NCBI RefSeq assembly: GCF_009914755.1
Contig: NC_060930.1
Length of the DNA: 64,000 bases
Origin: the human T2T-CHM13v2.0 reference genome, Homo sapiens
Strand: one strand, 5' to 3'
Position numbers and translations under genes: made by a program
Part shown: positions 1 through 26,355 of the stretch, in pieces
Layout: each line of letters begins with the position of its first letter
Position numbering within the stretch: the first letter of the stretch is position 1
Notes under the pieces: model-generated
Told to the model about the DNA's origin: nothing
The model's database searches: none
Seen by the model: only the letters and a program-made list of their open reading frames with translations

Positions 1-1270
1 ACCTCAATTCCAATCTACAAGACATTTTATGGGCTTTGTCTTTCCATATGTCCAGTATCAAATCACTTCTCATCACCTCTCTTGCTGCCTCCCAGTCCAG
101 GACATTGTCAGTGCTTGCCTGGATTATTGCAACAGCTTTCTAATCAGCCTCCTCGATCTACTTCTCTTCTCCTAATGCTCTAATGGTTCTCATTTTATTC
201 AGAGTAAAAGTCAAAGTTCTGACTATAGCCTATGAGGCCCTACATGTTTCCTTCACTTTCTACGCGATCTAGTTTTGATCTCCTCTTTTACTACTCACTC
301 ACTCACTTGATTCAAACCACTCTGATCTACATTTTTAGAGACATAGTCTTGCTCTGTCACCCAGGCTGGAGTGCAGTGGTGCGATCATAGCTCACTGCAG
401 CCTTGACTTCCCCGGGCTCAAGGGATCCTTCTGCCTCAGCCTCCTGAGTAGCTGGGAATATAGGCACATACCACCATGCCCAGCTAATTTTTAAATTGTT
501 TGTAGAGGTGGGGTCTTGCTGTGTTGCCCAGGCTGGTCATGTAACCTGCTGTTTTTCAAACAGGTCAGGTATGCTCCTACCTGAAGGCTTTTCCACTAGG
601 TGGCCCCTTTTCCTTGAATGCTCTTCCCCCATACATTCTTTGGCTGACCCCGTCACATTTTTTGAGCCTTTACTTAAACGTCTTTTTCTCAATAAGCCTA
701 CTCTGACCACCATCTTTAAAAACTGCAAGGCCTGATTCTGCTTTTTCTTAATCTGCTGTAATTTTGTGGCCATCTTTATCACCTTTCAATGCACAATACA
801 ATCTTCATACGATATTTCTTGTGTTTTGTCTATCTCTACCTATTAGTATATAAACTTTTTTCTTTCTTTCTTTTTTTTTGTTTTTGAGACAGTCTCGCTC
901 TGTTGCCCAGGCTGGAGTGCAGTGGCACGATCTCCGCTCACTGCAGCCTCTGCCTCCTGGGTTCAAGCAATTCTCTGCCTCAGCCTCTTGAGTAGCTGGG
1001 ATTACAGGCATGCACCACCACGCCTGGCTAATTTTTGTATTTTTGGTAGAGACAGGGTTTCACCATGTTGGCCAGGCTGGTCTTGAATTCCTGACCTTGT
1101 GATCCACCCGCCTCAGCCTCCCAAAGTGTTGGGATTACAGGCGTGAGCCACTGTGCTCGGCCGCATATAAATTCTTAAAAGGGGAATGATATTGTCTGTT
1201 TTATTTTTTGAGCATTTAGAACAGTACTTGGTATACTGTATATACTCAATAAATACATTATTATGTAACT
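1..1270. mobile_element. Old L2 LINE fragments interrupted by two minus-strand Alus (~332-538 partial AluJ; ~855-1163 AluS)
   Basis: L2-typical phrases (cctggattattgcaacagct, aaagtcaaagttct, gaatgctcttcccc, ctcaataaata) and Alu consensus segments. Confidence 0.7.
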
Positions 1271-1427
1271 CAATAAGTTTGCAATGTATGAGTCATATAT
1301 TACTGAAGGACAGAGAAAACAACGCATGTCTTCTACCCACAGATAATTATAAGCAATCAGGGAGTTAGACAACAGATGCGAATTCTTATTTTTTTAATCA
1401 TTAAGAGAATATGTAACAGCAAGAAGT

Positions 1428-2110
<683 letters not shown>

Positions 2111-2228
2111 AAAACACTTGTACTGAGAGTGGGAGAGTGAACAGATAAAATTAATTATAGAATTGAACCAAACATATCTGTGTAAGTTGATAGAGTAGAA
2201 TAGATGATAGTAAAGCTGAAAGAGGAGG

Positions 2229-2520
2229 TTCAAGCCTGTAATCCCAATATTTTGGGAGACTGAGGCGGGAGGATCACTTGAGCTAGGAGTTTGAGACCAG
2301 CCTGGGTAACAGCAAGACTTTGTCTCTACCAAAAATTAAGAAAATTAGCTAGGATTGGCGGTGTGCACACCTATAGTCCCAGCTACTTGACAGGCTGAGG
2401 TGGGCAGGCCGCTGGAGCCTGGGAGGTCGAGGCTGCAGCAAGCCGTGACAGCACTACTGCATGCCAGCCTGGGTGACAGAGCCAGACCCTGTCTCAGAAA
2501 AAAAAAAAAAAAAAAAAAAA
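2229..2520 (+). mobile_element. AluJ-like
   Basis: Diverged Alu dimer with gggaggatcacttgag and a long A-tail. Confidence 0.85.
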
Positions 2521-2525
2521 GTTAA

Positions 2526-3745
<1,220 letters not shown>

Positions 3746-4019
3746 AAAAAAAAAAATTAAGAGCACTTAATAGTCATACTTTTCACTTTGCTTATATGTA
3801 GCTTATATATATATAAATATAAAAATCTGTTTTAACTCTCATTCTACTAAATTCACCTAATGTTCTACATAGAAAATTTCATGTATATTGTTTATCATCT
3901 TTCAAGAGTGAATTAAGCACATGAATATTTTCTCATGAAAAGGGATATTGATTGGTACAGATGTGTATGTATAATGGCTAGTTGCTCAGATCATCAACTA
4001 AATCTAAAACATGTGTTCC

Positions 4020-4678
<659 letters not shown>

Positions 4679-4689
4679 TGAGAGGGTAA

Positions 4690-5068
<379 letters not shown>

Positions 5069-5507
5069 CAGGCAAACAGATTTTATTCCACTTTTCCTTG
5101 ATCACTCTTTTGTTTTTTCTCTCCAATGCTTTTTCTCTATTTGAAATTTTGCACTATTGTTGCTTTCTTCTGAAGTATTCATATAGAGTTGTTAAAACAA
5201 CTGAAGTCAGACTGCCTAAGCTTTAGGTTTCTTCTCTGTTAAAAGAGATAACAAGATAATAATAGCACTCCTCATTTATAGGGTTACTTATGGGTGGTTA
5301 TTGGCACACATTTATAAGTGCTTGAAAAAATCTTAGCTTTACTATTATTTTATAGATTTACTTGCATTTTTAATGTTCTTGGTATACACCAATTGGTTTG
5401 TTTACTTATTACCAAATATTTATAAAGCATTTAGTGTTATATTGTTGGCTGAAAAAACAGGAACAAAATAGGATGGTGTATATTTATGAAGCTTAACTCT
5501 AATTTAA

Positions 5508-6346
<839 letters not shown>

Positions 6347-6439
6347 ATGTATATTTCTGTAAGATAAATTCCTAGAGGTAGGGTTACTGACTTCAAAGGA
6401 TTTAGACTAAAGGTGCTTAAAGAGAGAGGTTTCACCTGT

Positions 6440-7633
<1,194 letters not shown>

Positions 7634-8084
7634 ATGGATGGCATTTTAATTAGATGAAATTGTACTAGGAAAGGCATTTGCAAAACAAAGTAATTGCCCC
7701 AAATCACTATGAAACCCTAAGTCAGGCATAAAACTCACGATTTCTGACCCTTCTTCATGGCCTATTGCCTCCTATTACCTTTACTTTTTCAAGTAAAGAT
7801 ATTCTTCTGGTAAACACATGGTCAAATACAGTGTCTTGGGTAACGAATAGTAAAGTGAGATAACATATGTAGAGAAAGCGGGTGAGAATCCGTACTCCAT
7901 AAAAGTATTTTCTTTCCATAGGTGTCTGCTAAACTGCCATCTAAGTTTTCCAAAACAAAAAACAAAAACACTTGTGTGGTGCTCAATGATGTATATTAAG
8001 TGAAACCTACCAACTGACCTTTATCCTTTCCTTCCTGTTTTTTTAATATTAAAGAAGAGACCTCTTTTCACAAATGATTGAGGA

Positions 8085-8310
8085 GGCTAGTAAAATGCAG
8101 TGAAAAGAGCAAGTTCTTTGGGAGTCAGACAGCATCGGATCCAGCCCAGAGCGCAGCACGACTAGTAGAGTAACTTAGATTAAGTCCTTAAACTTCCAGT
8201 GTCCTCTTTTGTAAACTGGGAATAATAATAATAATAAATAAATAGTGAAATAATATTTATGCAAAGTACTTAGCACAGTGTCTAACACATAAAAGCTTAG
8301 GGAAGTTGGC
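8085..8310 (+). mobile_element. MIR immediately upstream of the promoter
   Basis: ggagtcagac...tgtaaactgggaataataata...aaagtacttagcacagtgtct; retains several CpGs. Confidence 0.75.
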
Positions 8311-8439
8311 TATTAAGCATTTCTAGGAACCCGAGGACTCAGGGTTGTTATTTTAGTTCTTGGAATCAAAGGAACTTGAAGCGTAGTCATTCCTAAACTA
8401 AGTTAAACCAGAACTAGCGCTTTCAGCAATGATGTAATT

Positions 8440-8610
8440 TGATCTCTTCGGGCCACCGTCGCTGAGCATGCGCAAATAAACGTGGCGGGACGTATGTGTC
8501 ATGGCGCTCTCCATCTAAAGTCTGTGCAGCTTCCGGAGAGTGGCGGGTTGATTTTCTCACTTTGGACTGGTTTTTACTTCCCGACTTCTGGGTAAGGGTG
8601 GCCGATGGGT
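8440..8610 (+). promoter_or_regulatory. CDKAL1 core promoter: compact CpG cluster with NRF1-like, E2F-like, YY1-like and ETS motifs
   Basis: TGAGCATGCGCA 8463-8474 (NRF1, 1 mismatch); TGGCGGGA 8483-8490 and TGGCGGG 8541-8547 (E2F-like); CATGGCG 8500-8506 (YY1-like); CTTCCGG 8530-8536 (ETS/GABPA). About a dozen CpGs in 170 bp. Confidence 0.8.
8474..8591 (+). other. CDKAL1: CDKAL1 exon 1 (5'UTR); start approximate
   Basis: Lies in the main non-Alu CpG-dense patch and ends at the strong donor TGG|gtaagg (8592). The TSS cannot be fixed from sequence. Confidence 0.8.
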
Positions 8611-9367
8611 CCATGTGGGGCAGAGTGTGGCCACAGCTCCTTTTATGGCCAAGCCTTGTTTCTCCAGTTTCAGTTTTTCTTGGGCTGTTTGCAAATTTGT
8701 TTCGCAGTTAAAAGGGGATTTGCCAGCTGGGATGGGGGAATTGGGAGGCAGATGGGGCTTCCAGGAGCGAGGATAGGGTCGTTGGCCTCAGGTGCCGCTC
8801 TCCAGTTAGGAGTATTTTAGGCACCTCGTTCCTTATTGTCAGGTTTAACTTCATTTGTTCTCCCACTTTATACCTTAGTGAATTTGTAGATGTGACAAGG
8901 CTTTCGCAGTTATATAGCTTTCCCAGATCAGTATGTTAAGAATTTAAGCAGAAGTTATTGAGAAAAGCAGGTGTCTTGCTTTTTCACTTTTCGTTCTTCT
9001 TTGCTCATAAAACCTTTTTCTGAATCTCGGGACGACAGTTATCTTTCGGATGGAACGTGATCTGGATGTCTATCTACCTTATTGACTTAATCCTGTTTTG
9101 TAGTGGTTGGTTACTCGCACTATGCAGACGTGTTGCGGTGCTGAATACAACATTTATTACTAAAGCCAGACACTGGATCACCGTCACGGCAGATGTCAGC
9201 ACACCTGTTGTAATCAGTAAGAAGTTACAAGTAGTATGGAGCATCATTAATCCTGCTGTATAAAGCAGTCTTTTATGGAGTCTGATTCCTTTTAAGTAAA
9301 GAATCCTTACAGTGGTTTTGTGAACTTTTTGGGTGCTTACTTTTCCTAATCAATTTTTATTTTCCAG

Positions 9368-9411
9368 ACTCATCTTTCAAGAGGACTTTAGACTAATTGC
9401 AGATAATTAAG
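9368..9411 (+). other. CDKAL1: CDKAL1 exon 2 (44-nt non-coding 5'UTR exon)
   Basis: Branch-like cctaat, T-rich tract and ttccag| acceptor; donor AAG|gtactg. Consistent with the recalled gene structure of two non-coding exons before the ATG exon. Confidence 0.8.
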
Positions 9412-9829
9412 GTACTGATTTATTTTAAACCTTTTATGTTTGAGTGCTGTGCGTATTTCTGCATGTTAGAAAATGCAGAGAGGTAGCCTAATGTTTTAGC
9501 TATTTGCCACTATCATGTTATGGAAACATTGTGCTTTACATAGCATTAAATCGAAGAGATATTTTCATTTATTTTACTTAACCTTTCATTTTCATTCACC
9601 AGCATTGACCATGTCCACTTTTTTGAGATGCCCTTTTCATTTGCCTTCCATGGCCCATGGATTTTTTTCCTTGTCTGGTGGCTGCTTCTTGGAATCCATT
9701 ATAAGCTGATTTTCCTTTATCTGGCAGTTAAATTTGGAGTCTCTCAAGTCGTGGTCTTGTACCTTCTCCTACCTCTGTTCTCTTTTTCTTCCCCTCTGGG
9801 TGATGTAATCCACATGCCTGTCAACAGTT

Positions 9830-10545
9830 ATTTGTCTTTTTGATTCTACCCATCCTAATGGGTATGAAGTGGTGTATTATTGTGGTTTGGATTTCCATTT
9901 CCCTGATGGCTCATGATGTTGACATCTTTTCATGTGCTTATCAGCCATTTGTATGTGTGTGTTTTTGAGACACGGCTTCCCTATGCCACCCAGGCCAGAG
10001 TGCAGTGGCTCGATTACGGCTCACTGCAGCCTTGACCACCTGGTCTCAAGTGATCCCACTTCAGCCTCCCAAGTAGCTGGGACTACAGGTGCATGCCACC
10101 ATGCCCGGCTAAATTTTACTTTTTTTTTTTTTTTGTAGCGATAGGGTCCGTGTTGCCTAGGCTCTGGCCTTGTACTCCTGGCCTGAAGTGATCCTGCCAC
10201 CTTGGCTTCCCAGTGTTGGGATTATAGGCATGAGCCTCTGCACCTGGCCCATTTCTGTATCTTCTTCATCTAATCTGTTTTTCCTTTTGTTGCTTGTGCT
10301 TTTCATTTCTTAGCTAAGAAAGAAGGGCCTACTCTAACATCATAAAGATTTGTGCTTATGTTTTTTTCTAAGAGTTTCATAATGTTAGCTCCTAAATTTA
10401 GGTCTATGATCCATTTTCGGTTAATTTTTGTATATGATGTGAAATGTGAAATAGGGCTCCAACTTTATTTTTTACATGTTGCTATCCAGTTATCCCAGTG
10501 TCATTTGTTGAAAAAAAAACTATGCTTTCCCCGTTGAATTGTCTA
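9830..10545 (-). mobile_element. L1M fragment with inserted AluJ (-, 9962-10249)
   Basis: ccatcctaatgggtatgaagtgg..., ggtctatgatccatttt..., ttaatttttgtatatg are typical antisense L1 ORF2 sequence. Confidence 0.8.
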
Positions 10546-10601
10546 GGTTATGTATATTTGACATACATTCTAGGTGGTTTTTATGAAAGAATAATTCTGG
10601 G

Positions 10602-11685
<1,084 letters not shown>

Positions 11686-12854
11686 TAGGATATTGCATCC
11701 TCCTTCTTCCTATCATTTTGAGTATTTTCCTTTTCACTGACTCTATTTTTATTCCCTTTATCAAATTTGATTTCCTCTACCTTTGAGAAAAATTTTTAAT
11801 GATCCTTTTGCTCCATTTAGCTATTACGCTGCTTTCCTTTTATTCTCAAACTTTCATTTCCATATGATTTAATTAAAAATTTCTGAAGGCTAAACAATTC
11901 CCTCTATCAGTTTGTTCAAAGTAAAACCTTTAGCTTATTAATAGTGATGAGTGAGATTATTTAGGTACTTATGATATACAGCCAGGTTTATGCTACATAA
12001 TGCTGATATGCAGCGTTATATTTATCTTTTTTGAGTGAATATCTCCAAATGAAATTGCTGGCTCGAAGGATATACATATGTTTGGTATAATTGTCAGGTT
12101 GCCCTCCAGAAGGGGTGTACCAGTTTTTCTGTGCTTTCAGCTAACAGAGTTTTTGTCAGCTTTGTATCAGTGAGGCAGCTGAAAAATAACTTATTGTTTC
12201 AATACTTGTTGTTAGTGTGGTTGAGCATTCTTTCCTCTTTTTTTTTTTTTCTTTTCTGGGTATTTGTATTTCTTAAGTGAACTGCCTGTTTTTCCTTTAC
12301 GCATTGTTTTCTGGAATGTGGTTACTTATTAGTGTCACATTAGATTCTTGCATTGTTTGTACTTTGCCAGTGAGGCAAAGCCATAGTGGGAAGAGCATGG
12401 TATTGAGAGGATGCCTAGGTTCTGATTTCTAGCTCTATCAATGTACAAATCCTTTTGCTTCAGTGGACTCCAGCTCTGTAAGATAAGAAGCTTAGCAACT
12501 TCTGCTTCTCTAACTCTAATGATATGGGATGTCTATTGCAGTGGATTCCTTTCATTCCTCTTTTTCCTTTCTATTTCTCTTCAGTGGATCCATACACACT
12601 TGTATATGGGATGGCAAAATTGTGTAATTAAAAAATATGGCTTTTAATTAATGTTATTTAATTATTCATGATCTGTCAGTAGTTCTTCCGCATTCCAAAG
12701 GCACTACCTGGTCCTAGCCTCTCTCATTTAATTATTTCATAGAAGAGTGGTGATAGAAGAAATCCTAGGGGTTGGGCATTTACTTCAGCTTCCCACCCAG
12801 TGTAGAATTTCCTGCTGTGTCATAGAAAGACTAGCTAAATTCAACTTAAGCATT

Positions 12855-15060
<2,206 letters not shown>

Positions 15061-15229
15061 TACTGCAGTTCTTCAGTCTTTAATAATGCACACTGTGAAT
15101 GGGTAAGGACGCAGAATTTTCTAAATTTATTTGACCACAGAACCATTTTTTTTTCCAGATAGGTAGTAAATAATTAGAAGCAATTTGGGAAAGACTAACC
15201 TGGTTCATTTCACCCTACCTGGATGGCTG

Positions 15230-15990
<761 letters not shown>

Positions 15991-16339
15991 TGGTACATAT
16001 GTTAACTATAATCCAGCCAATCCTTGATGGATTGATGTTTGGTTTATTTCTAATCTTTGGTTCTTACTGACAATATAAAGCTAGCTGAGATTTGAACACA
16101 GATTTTTCGGATACCCAGTGCATAATTTGTCATAGCTGTAATGAATACATTACAGAGGAAAGGAGCCTGGCTGGCTGCCACTCTGTTAATTGAATGATGT
16201 GAATGGAAGGATGGGAATCCAGCAAATGAGAAGGAAAATTCATCAGAAAGCTTTGAGGACAACTGAAAGAATGTAAGATCCTTAACACTGCAACTCAGAT
16301 GAGGAACAGTGGTCATTCAATATACACATACTAAGTAGG

Positions 16340-16560
16340 TAGTAGAGTACCACACAGTGCGTGGGCTTGGACTCATCTGTCATGGTATCCTTGTTTAGCT
16401 TCTTTGGGCAAGTTAATTTATCTGTGTTTCAGTTTGTTCATCTTTAAAGCGAGGATAGTAATACTATCTACCTAGTAAGAGTTGTTGTGAATGGTTGATG
16501 AGATGACCCTATAAAGGACTTGCCTTGTGTCTGGATATAGTATTAGTGGTAGTACTATCA
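16340..16560 (+). mobile_element. MIR
   Basis: ttgggcaagtta...tcagtttgttcatctttaaa...gttgttgtga. Confidence 0.65.
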
Positions 16561-16589
16561 GTAAGTATATACGAGTGTATTCCCCCCCC

Positions 16590-18790
<2,201 letters not shown>

Positions 18791-18972
18791 TCTCCACTGA
18801 CACTGCAAAACTTCATTACTGGTCGGTTGGTTGGTTTGAATGTCCAGGATCCCTCCAGGTCCTTCTCTGATTCTACACTAGTGGAGTGTGTTGGGGTGCT
18901 TGATTGTAGGTAGAAGTCCAAGCTCTCCCCACTTGGCCTTTGTAGCGTGCCTGGGGGTGGGATTACAGTTTT

Positions 18973-18996
18973 GTGTGTGTGTGTGTGTGTGTGTGT
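18973..18996. repeat. (GT)n microsatellite
   Basis: About 12 GT units. Confidence 0.95.
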
Positions 18997-19436
18997 TTGT
19001 GTTTGGCTGGAGTAGAATGATTATTATCTAAAACTTTTCTGTCTTCCTAGGCTGCCCTTTGTATAGTTCTTTAACGAGAAAGCAGGCTTTTATTGGGGGG
19101 TTTTATTGTTGGCATCTCTTGCCATTTCTGATTGCTGGGATCTTTAGTGAGCTGTAGGAGGCAGAAGAAAACCCAAGGAACTCATCATATTCCTTGGGTC
19201 CTGAGGTTCATAGCCAGTCTGCCTTATGCTTGTTTTATATATAATGTCCAGAGTTTTATTTGTATTTTGCTGGCGGGGCAGGGAAAAATGTGCTTATCTT
19301 CTTGCAAGCTGTGTCCACATTTTCTTCTTTTAATTATAAAAATTTTGAATATTTAGAAAAGTCGTATAGGATAATGAACATGAACCTATCTAGTTTCTAG
19401 TTTTAAGAGTTGTAAATGCTTTTCAGTATGTCTTAA

Positions 19437-19763
<327 letters not shown>

Positions 19764-20352
19764 AGTCTATTTTTTCTGAGGTCCTTTTAAAGTAAATTAT
19801 AGACATAATGACATTTCACTTCTAAATATTCAATATGCATCTCTAAAAAATAAAATTTTTGAATATAAGGACAATACTTTATATCGAATGATTTATAATA
19901 ACTTCTTCATATTATCTAATATCCAGCTTATATTCTGATTTCCCTAGTTATACCCAAAATTTCTTATAGCTTGACAGACAAAGAAGAAACAATCAAGAAC
20001 ATGAACTGCATTTTGTTGTTAGGCTTTTACGCTTCCTGTTATCTGAAACAGTTCCTCTCCTACTTTTTCCTACTTGACATTGATTTGTTGAAGAAATAGT
20101 TCCTGTTGAACCTTGGAATGTCCCATTGTCATTAGGGTTTTGTCTGATTGTTTCATTGTGTTTCTTTTTTCAATATACCCAAGATAGTACTTCATCCTTG
20201 TGTTTCTTTATCTCTTGTATTTTCTATAAATTTGAAGTTAGATCCAAAGGCTTGATTAGATTCAAATTTGGTGAGAATATTTCATAAATGATGCTACGCT
20301 AAGCAGATTTTCATAAGTTGATTTTATTTATAACTTTTATGTGGTAGAGAAT

Positions 20353-20525
20353 ATGCCTTCTGCATCCTGTGATACACTACTGGATGACATCGAAGATATC
20401 GTGTCTCAGGAAGATTCAAAACCACAAGATAGGCATTTTGTAAGAAAGGATGTTGTCCCGAAGGTACGAAGGCGAAATACCCAAAAATATTTGCAAGAGG
20501 AAGAAAACAGTCCACCAAGTGACAG
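20353..20525 (+). CDS. CDKAL1: CDKAL1 first coding exon (exon 3; exon starts at 20348, CDS nt 1-173)
   Basis: Translates [57 protein letters not shown](S), recognised as the human CDKAL1 N-terminus. Acceptor gtggtag|AGAATATG, donor CAG|gtaagc at 20526, phase 2. Confidence 0.97.
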
Positions 20526-20529
20526 GTAA

Positions 20530-20855
<326 letters not shown>

Positions 20856-20958
20856 GAAATTATATTCATTTTCATTCCAGGGAGAAGCTGACGCTACTGG
20901 TCTGTGTGATATATATAATGTCTCTTCATTAGAATCTTTGAACTTTTGATAGGAAATA

Positions 20959-21191
20959 CAAGTTGAGTATCACTTATCTGAAATGCTTGAGACCAGAAGT
21001 GTTTCAGATATCACATTTTTTTTTTTGGATTTCGGAATATTTGCATTACATACTTTCCAGTTGAGTATTCCTAATCCAAACATCTGAAATGCTCCAGTGA
21101 GCATCCTTTGAGTATCATTTTGGCACTCAAAAAGTTTCAGATTTTAGAGCATTGTGGATTTTGAATTTTTGAATTAAAGAAACTCAACCTG
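20959..21191. mobile_element. Tigger4a/Zombi-type (TcMar-Tigger) MITE
   Basis: TIRs CA(A/G)GTTGAGT...ACTCAACCTG, TA on both flanks, internal gaaatgcttgagaccagaagtgtttcagat; ~233 bp. Confidence 0.8.
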
Positions 21192-22249
21192 TATGTAGAT
21201 TTTTTTTTTATTTGAATGATTTTAAATTTGGCAAGGTAATTGGTTAAAAAGAAATGAGATGTCAAATTGGATGTTCCTAGAAGATAGCCTCGGGCAATAG
21301 GGATCTCTTGGGTATTACTGTAGTTGATATGTAAGTCTGTGTTATTTCCAAATAAAATTTTTACCAGAGTTTGTGATTCTTATGAGACAGTAGTATTTTG
21401 GACATTTGAATTTTCTTAGCTGATTTTCAAATACCTGTGGATCAGGTAAAGGCAGTGGGCACAAATAAATTATTGCCCTATTTACGCTATTATAGTAGAT
21501 CTCTAGTCCGTGAAATTTTGATACAACCTAACCAGAAAGGATAATGTAATTATATGGTTTTAATAAGCCTATATTTGTTTATCTAGTCAACTGCTGAACT
21601 TTATAATCTGCTTATTTTGTTGGGAAACTAAGCTTTTAAATTCTTGGAATTTAAAATTTGCTTATATTTTAATGACTGAAGTTTATAAAATTTGTCCTAA
21701 ATGTGTCCTTAAGGTAATTTTTATTTACTTATAAATTATTAGAGCAATCCAAGTTGAAAGTCCTTTTTTCCCCTAAAAGTTATTTTTAGAACTCTGATTT
21801 TATAGAGTGCTTTTAATAATGCTTTAGGATGACGGTTTTTAACTTTGATTAAGTTACTTATATCTGTAAGTTTTAAGGAAGCTACAGATTGCAACTAGTA
21901 TGTAGGAATCTGTAAACAGACATACTTTTCTTTATTTGCCATTGCTGCTAGAACCACTTTCTTTCCTATTGTTATTTTTGTGTACCTTTCCAGGAGTTGA
22001 ACTTAGTAAGTTAGTAGTATGAATTTAAAATGCAATTCAGAGAAAAAGGATATTTTTTTATGTGGAGTGTTAACTTTTTAGAATTCTGTGGTTATTTTAT
22101 CTTGATTTTAGACTTTTGATACAACAACAGATTTTGAGTTAAGTTGGTGCGTTTAATGAATAGCTTTTGAATGGATTGTAGTGAGTTTGTTTTTTGTGTA
22201 ATATATCTTAAAATCATCTAGTGGTTTTTATTTTAAAAATAACTCAATG

Positions 22250-22552
<303 letters not shown>

Positions 22553-22594
22553 TCAATGAAACTTACTTTTTTTTTTTTATTGATTCCTTAACAG

Positions 22595-22707
22595 CACTAT
22601 TCCAGGCATACAGAAAATTTGGATACGAACATGGGGTTGTTCTCATAATAATTCAGATGGAGAATATATGGCTGGACAGCTAGCTGCTTATGGCTATAAA
22701 ATTACAG
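22595..22707 (+). CDS. CDKAL1: CDKAL1 second coding exon (exon 4, 113 nt, CDS nt 174-286); start of the methylthiotransferase N-terminal (UPF0004) domain
   Basis: Poly-T tract plus aacag| acceptor. Continues the frame as (S)[37 protein letters not shown](E); the GCxxN motif (Cys73) is typical of MiaB/MtaB-family Fe-S ligands. Donor CAG|gtaatg at 22708, phase 1. Confidence 0.97.
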
Positions 22708-22869
22708 GTAATGAGATCTATAATATATTTTATTGATTAAATTTTTCAGAATTAAGCTTTTAGAGATAAATAGCCTAGCAGTTAAAGGGTATTTTAGCAT
22801 GACAGTGATTTTAAGGTGAAACAGATAGTTATTACACATTTTGTAGATAACCATGGATGTCATATTTAA

Positions 22870-24720
<1,851 letters not shown>

Positions 24721-24857
24721 GTACTAAATGGAACTATAATTCGAATGCTTTGTGACAGGCACTGACCCAGTGCTTTATGTATGTTATCTTGCTTAGTCCT
24801 TGAGTAGGAGGAAATATTGGCACCCCTACTTTACAGTTGAGAAAGGAGAGGTTGTGT

Positions 24858-25162
24858 CTTTTTTTTTTTTTTTTTTTTTTTTGAGACAGAGTCTTGCTCT
24901 GTCTCCCAGGCTGGAGTGCAGTGGCGCGATCTTGGCCCACAGCAAGCTCCGCCTCACGGTTCAAGGGATTCTCCTGGCTCAGCCTCCCGAGTAGCTGGGA
25001 CTTCAGGTGCCCGCCACCATGCCTGGCTAATTTTTCATATTTTTAGTAGAGACAGAGTTTCACCGTGTTAGCCAGGATGGTCTCAATCTCCTGACCTCGT
25101 GATCCACTCGCCTTGGCCTCCCAAAGTGCTGGGATTACAGGCGTGAGCCACTGTGCTCGGCC
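24858..25162 (-). mobile_element. AluY/Sc-like inside a MIR
   Basis: Alu consensus; TSD gagaggttg(t/c)gtctt. Confidence 0.88.
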
Positions 25163-25201
25163 TGAGAGGTTGCGTCTTATCTTAAATCACATATGCAGTG
25201 A

Positions 25202-25667
<466 letters not shown>

Positions 25668-25884
25668 TAAAATACCTTATGTTATTAATTTTGTATTTTT
25701 TATAACATATTCTTTAGATGGCAAAATGAGTCTTAATATTTCTGTCCTTTAAGTTAAAAATGGTCAAAATATGCTTTCAGAATTACTTCTCTATATTCAT
25801 TAGTAATTTTTAGTATAATTTAGCCTGGGCTTGCCTTACCATATTCTGATGGTGTAGTTTGAGTATTAAGAAAATAGAATTTAT

Positions 25885-26355
25885 TTATTGATTTATATTT
25901 ATTTATTTTTGAGACAGGTCTCACTATGTTTGCCCAGGCTGGCCCCAAGCTCCTGGGCTCAAGTGGTCCTTCTACCTCAGCCTCCCAAGTAGCTGGGACT
26001 ACAGTTGTGTGCCTGGCTAAGAAAATACCCTAAGGAAAAAAAAAAAAAAAAGGCTGGGTGTGTTGGCTCATGCCTGCTGTAATCCCAGCACTTTGGAGGC
26101 CGAGGTGAGAGAGGGTGGGAGGGTCGCTTGAGCCCAGTAGTTTGAGACCAGTGTTGGCAACATAGTGAGACCCTGGCCCTGCAAAAATATTTAAAAAGTA
26201 GCCAGGTGTGTTGGTCTTTGCCTGTAGTCCCAGTTACTTGAGAGGATGAGGTGGCAGGATCGCTTGAGCCTGAGAGGTAGAGGCTGCAGTGAGCTGTTCT
26301 GTGCACAGCACTTCAGCCTGGGCAACAGAGTGAGATCCTATCTCAAAAAAAAAAA
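25885..26355. mobile_element. Partial Alu (-, to ~26019) adjacent to AluJ (+, 26052-26355)
   Basis: Alu consensus segments in opposite orientation. Confidence 0.82.

Noticed and set aside
8880-8936. Alternative first-exon donor TCA|gtatgt at 8931
   Set aside because: A plausible motif, but nothing else in the sequence supports an exon there.
9186-9199. CTCF-like ACGGCAGATGTCAG in intron 1
   Set aside because: Several core mismatches; cannot be distinguished from background without ChIP data.
20341-20529. ORF-track 62-aa protein starting MVEN and ending SDR*
   Set aside because: It starts at an intronic GTG in the acceptor and reads through the donor. The real CDS starts at ATG 20353 and splices at 20525.
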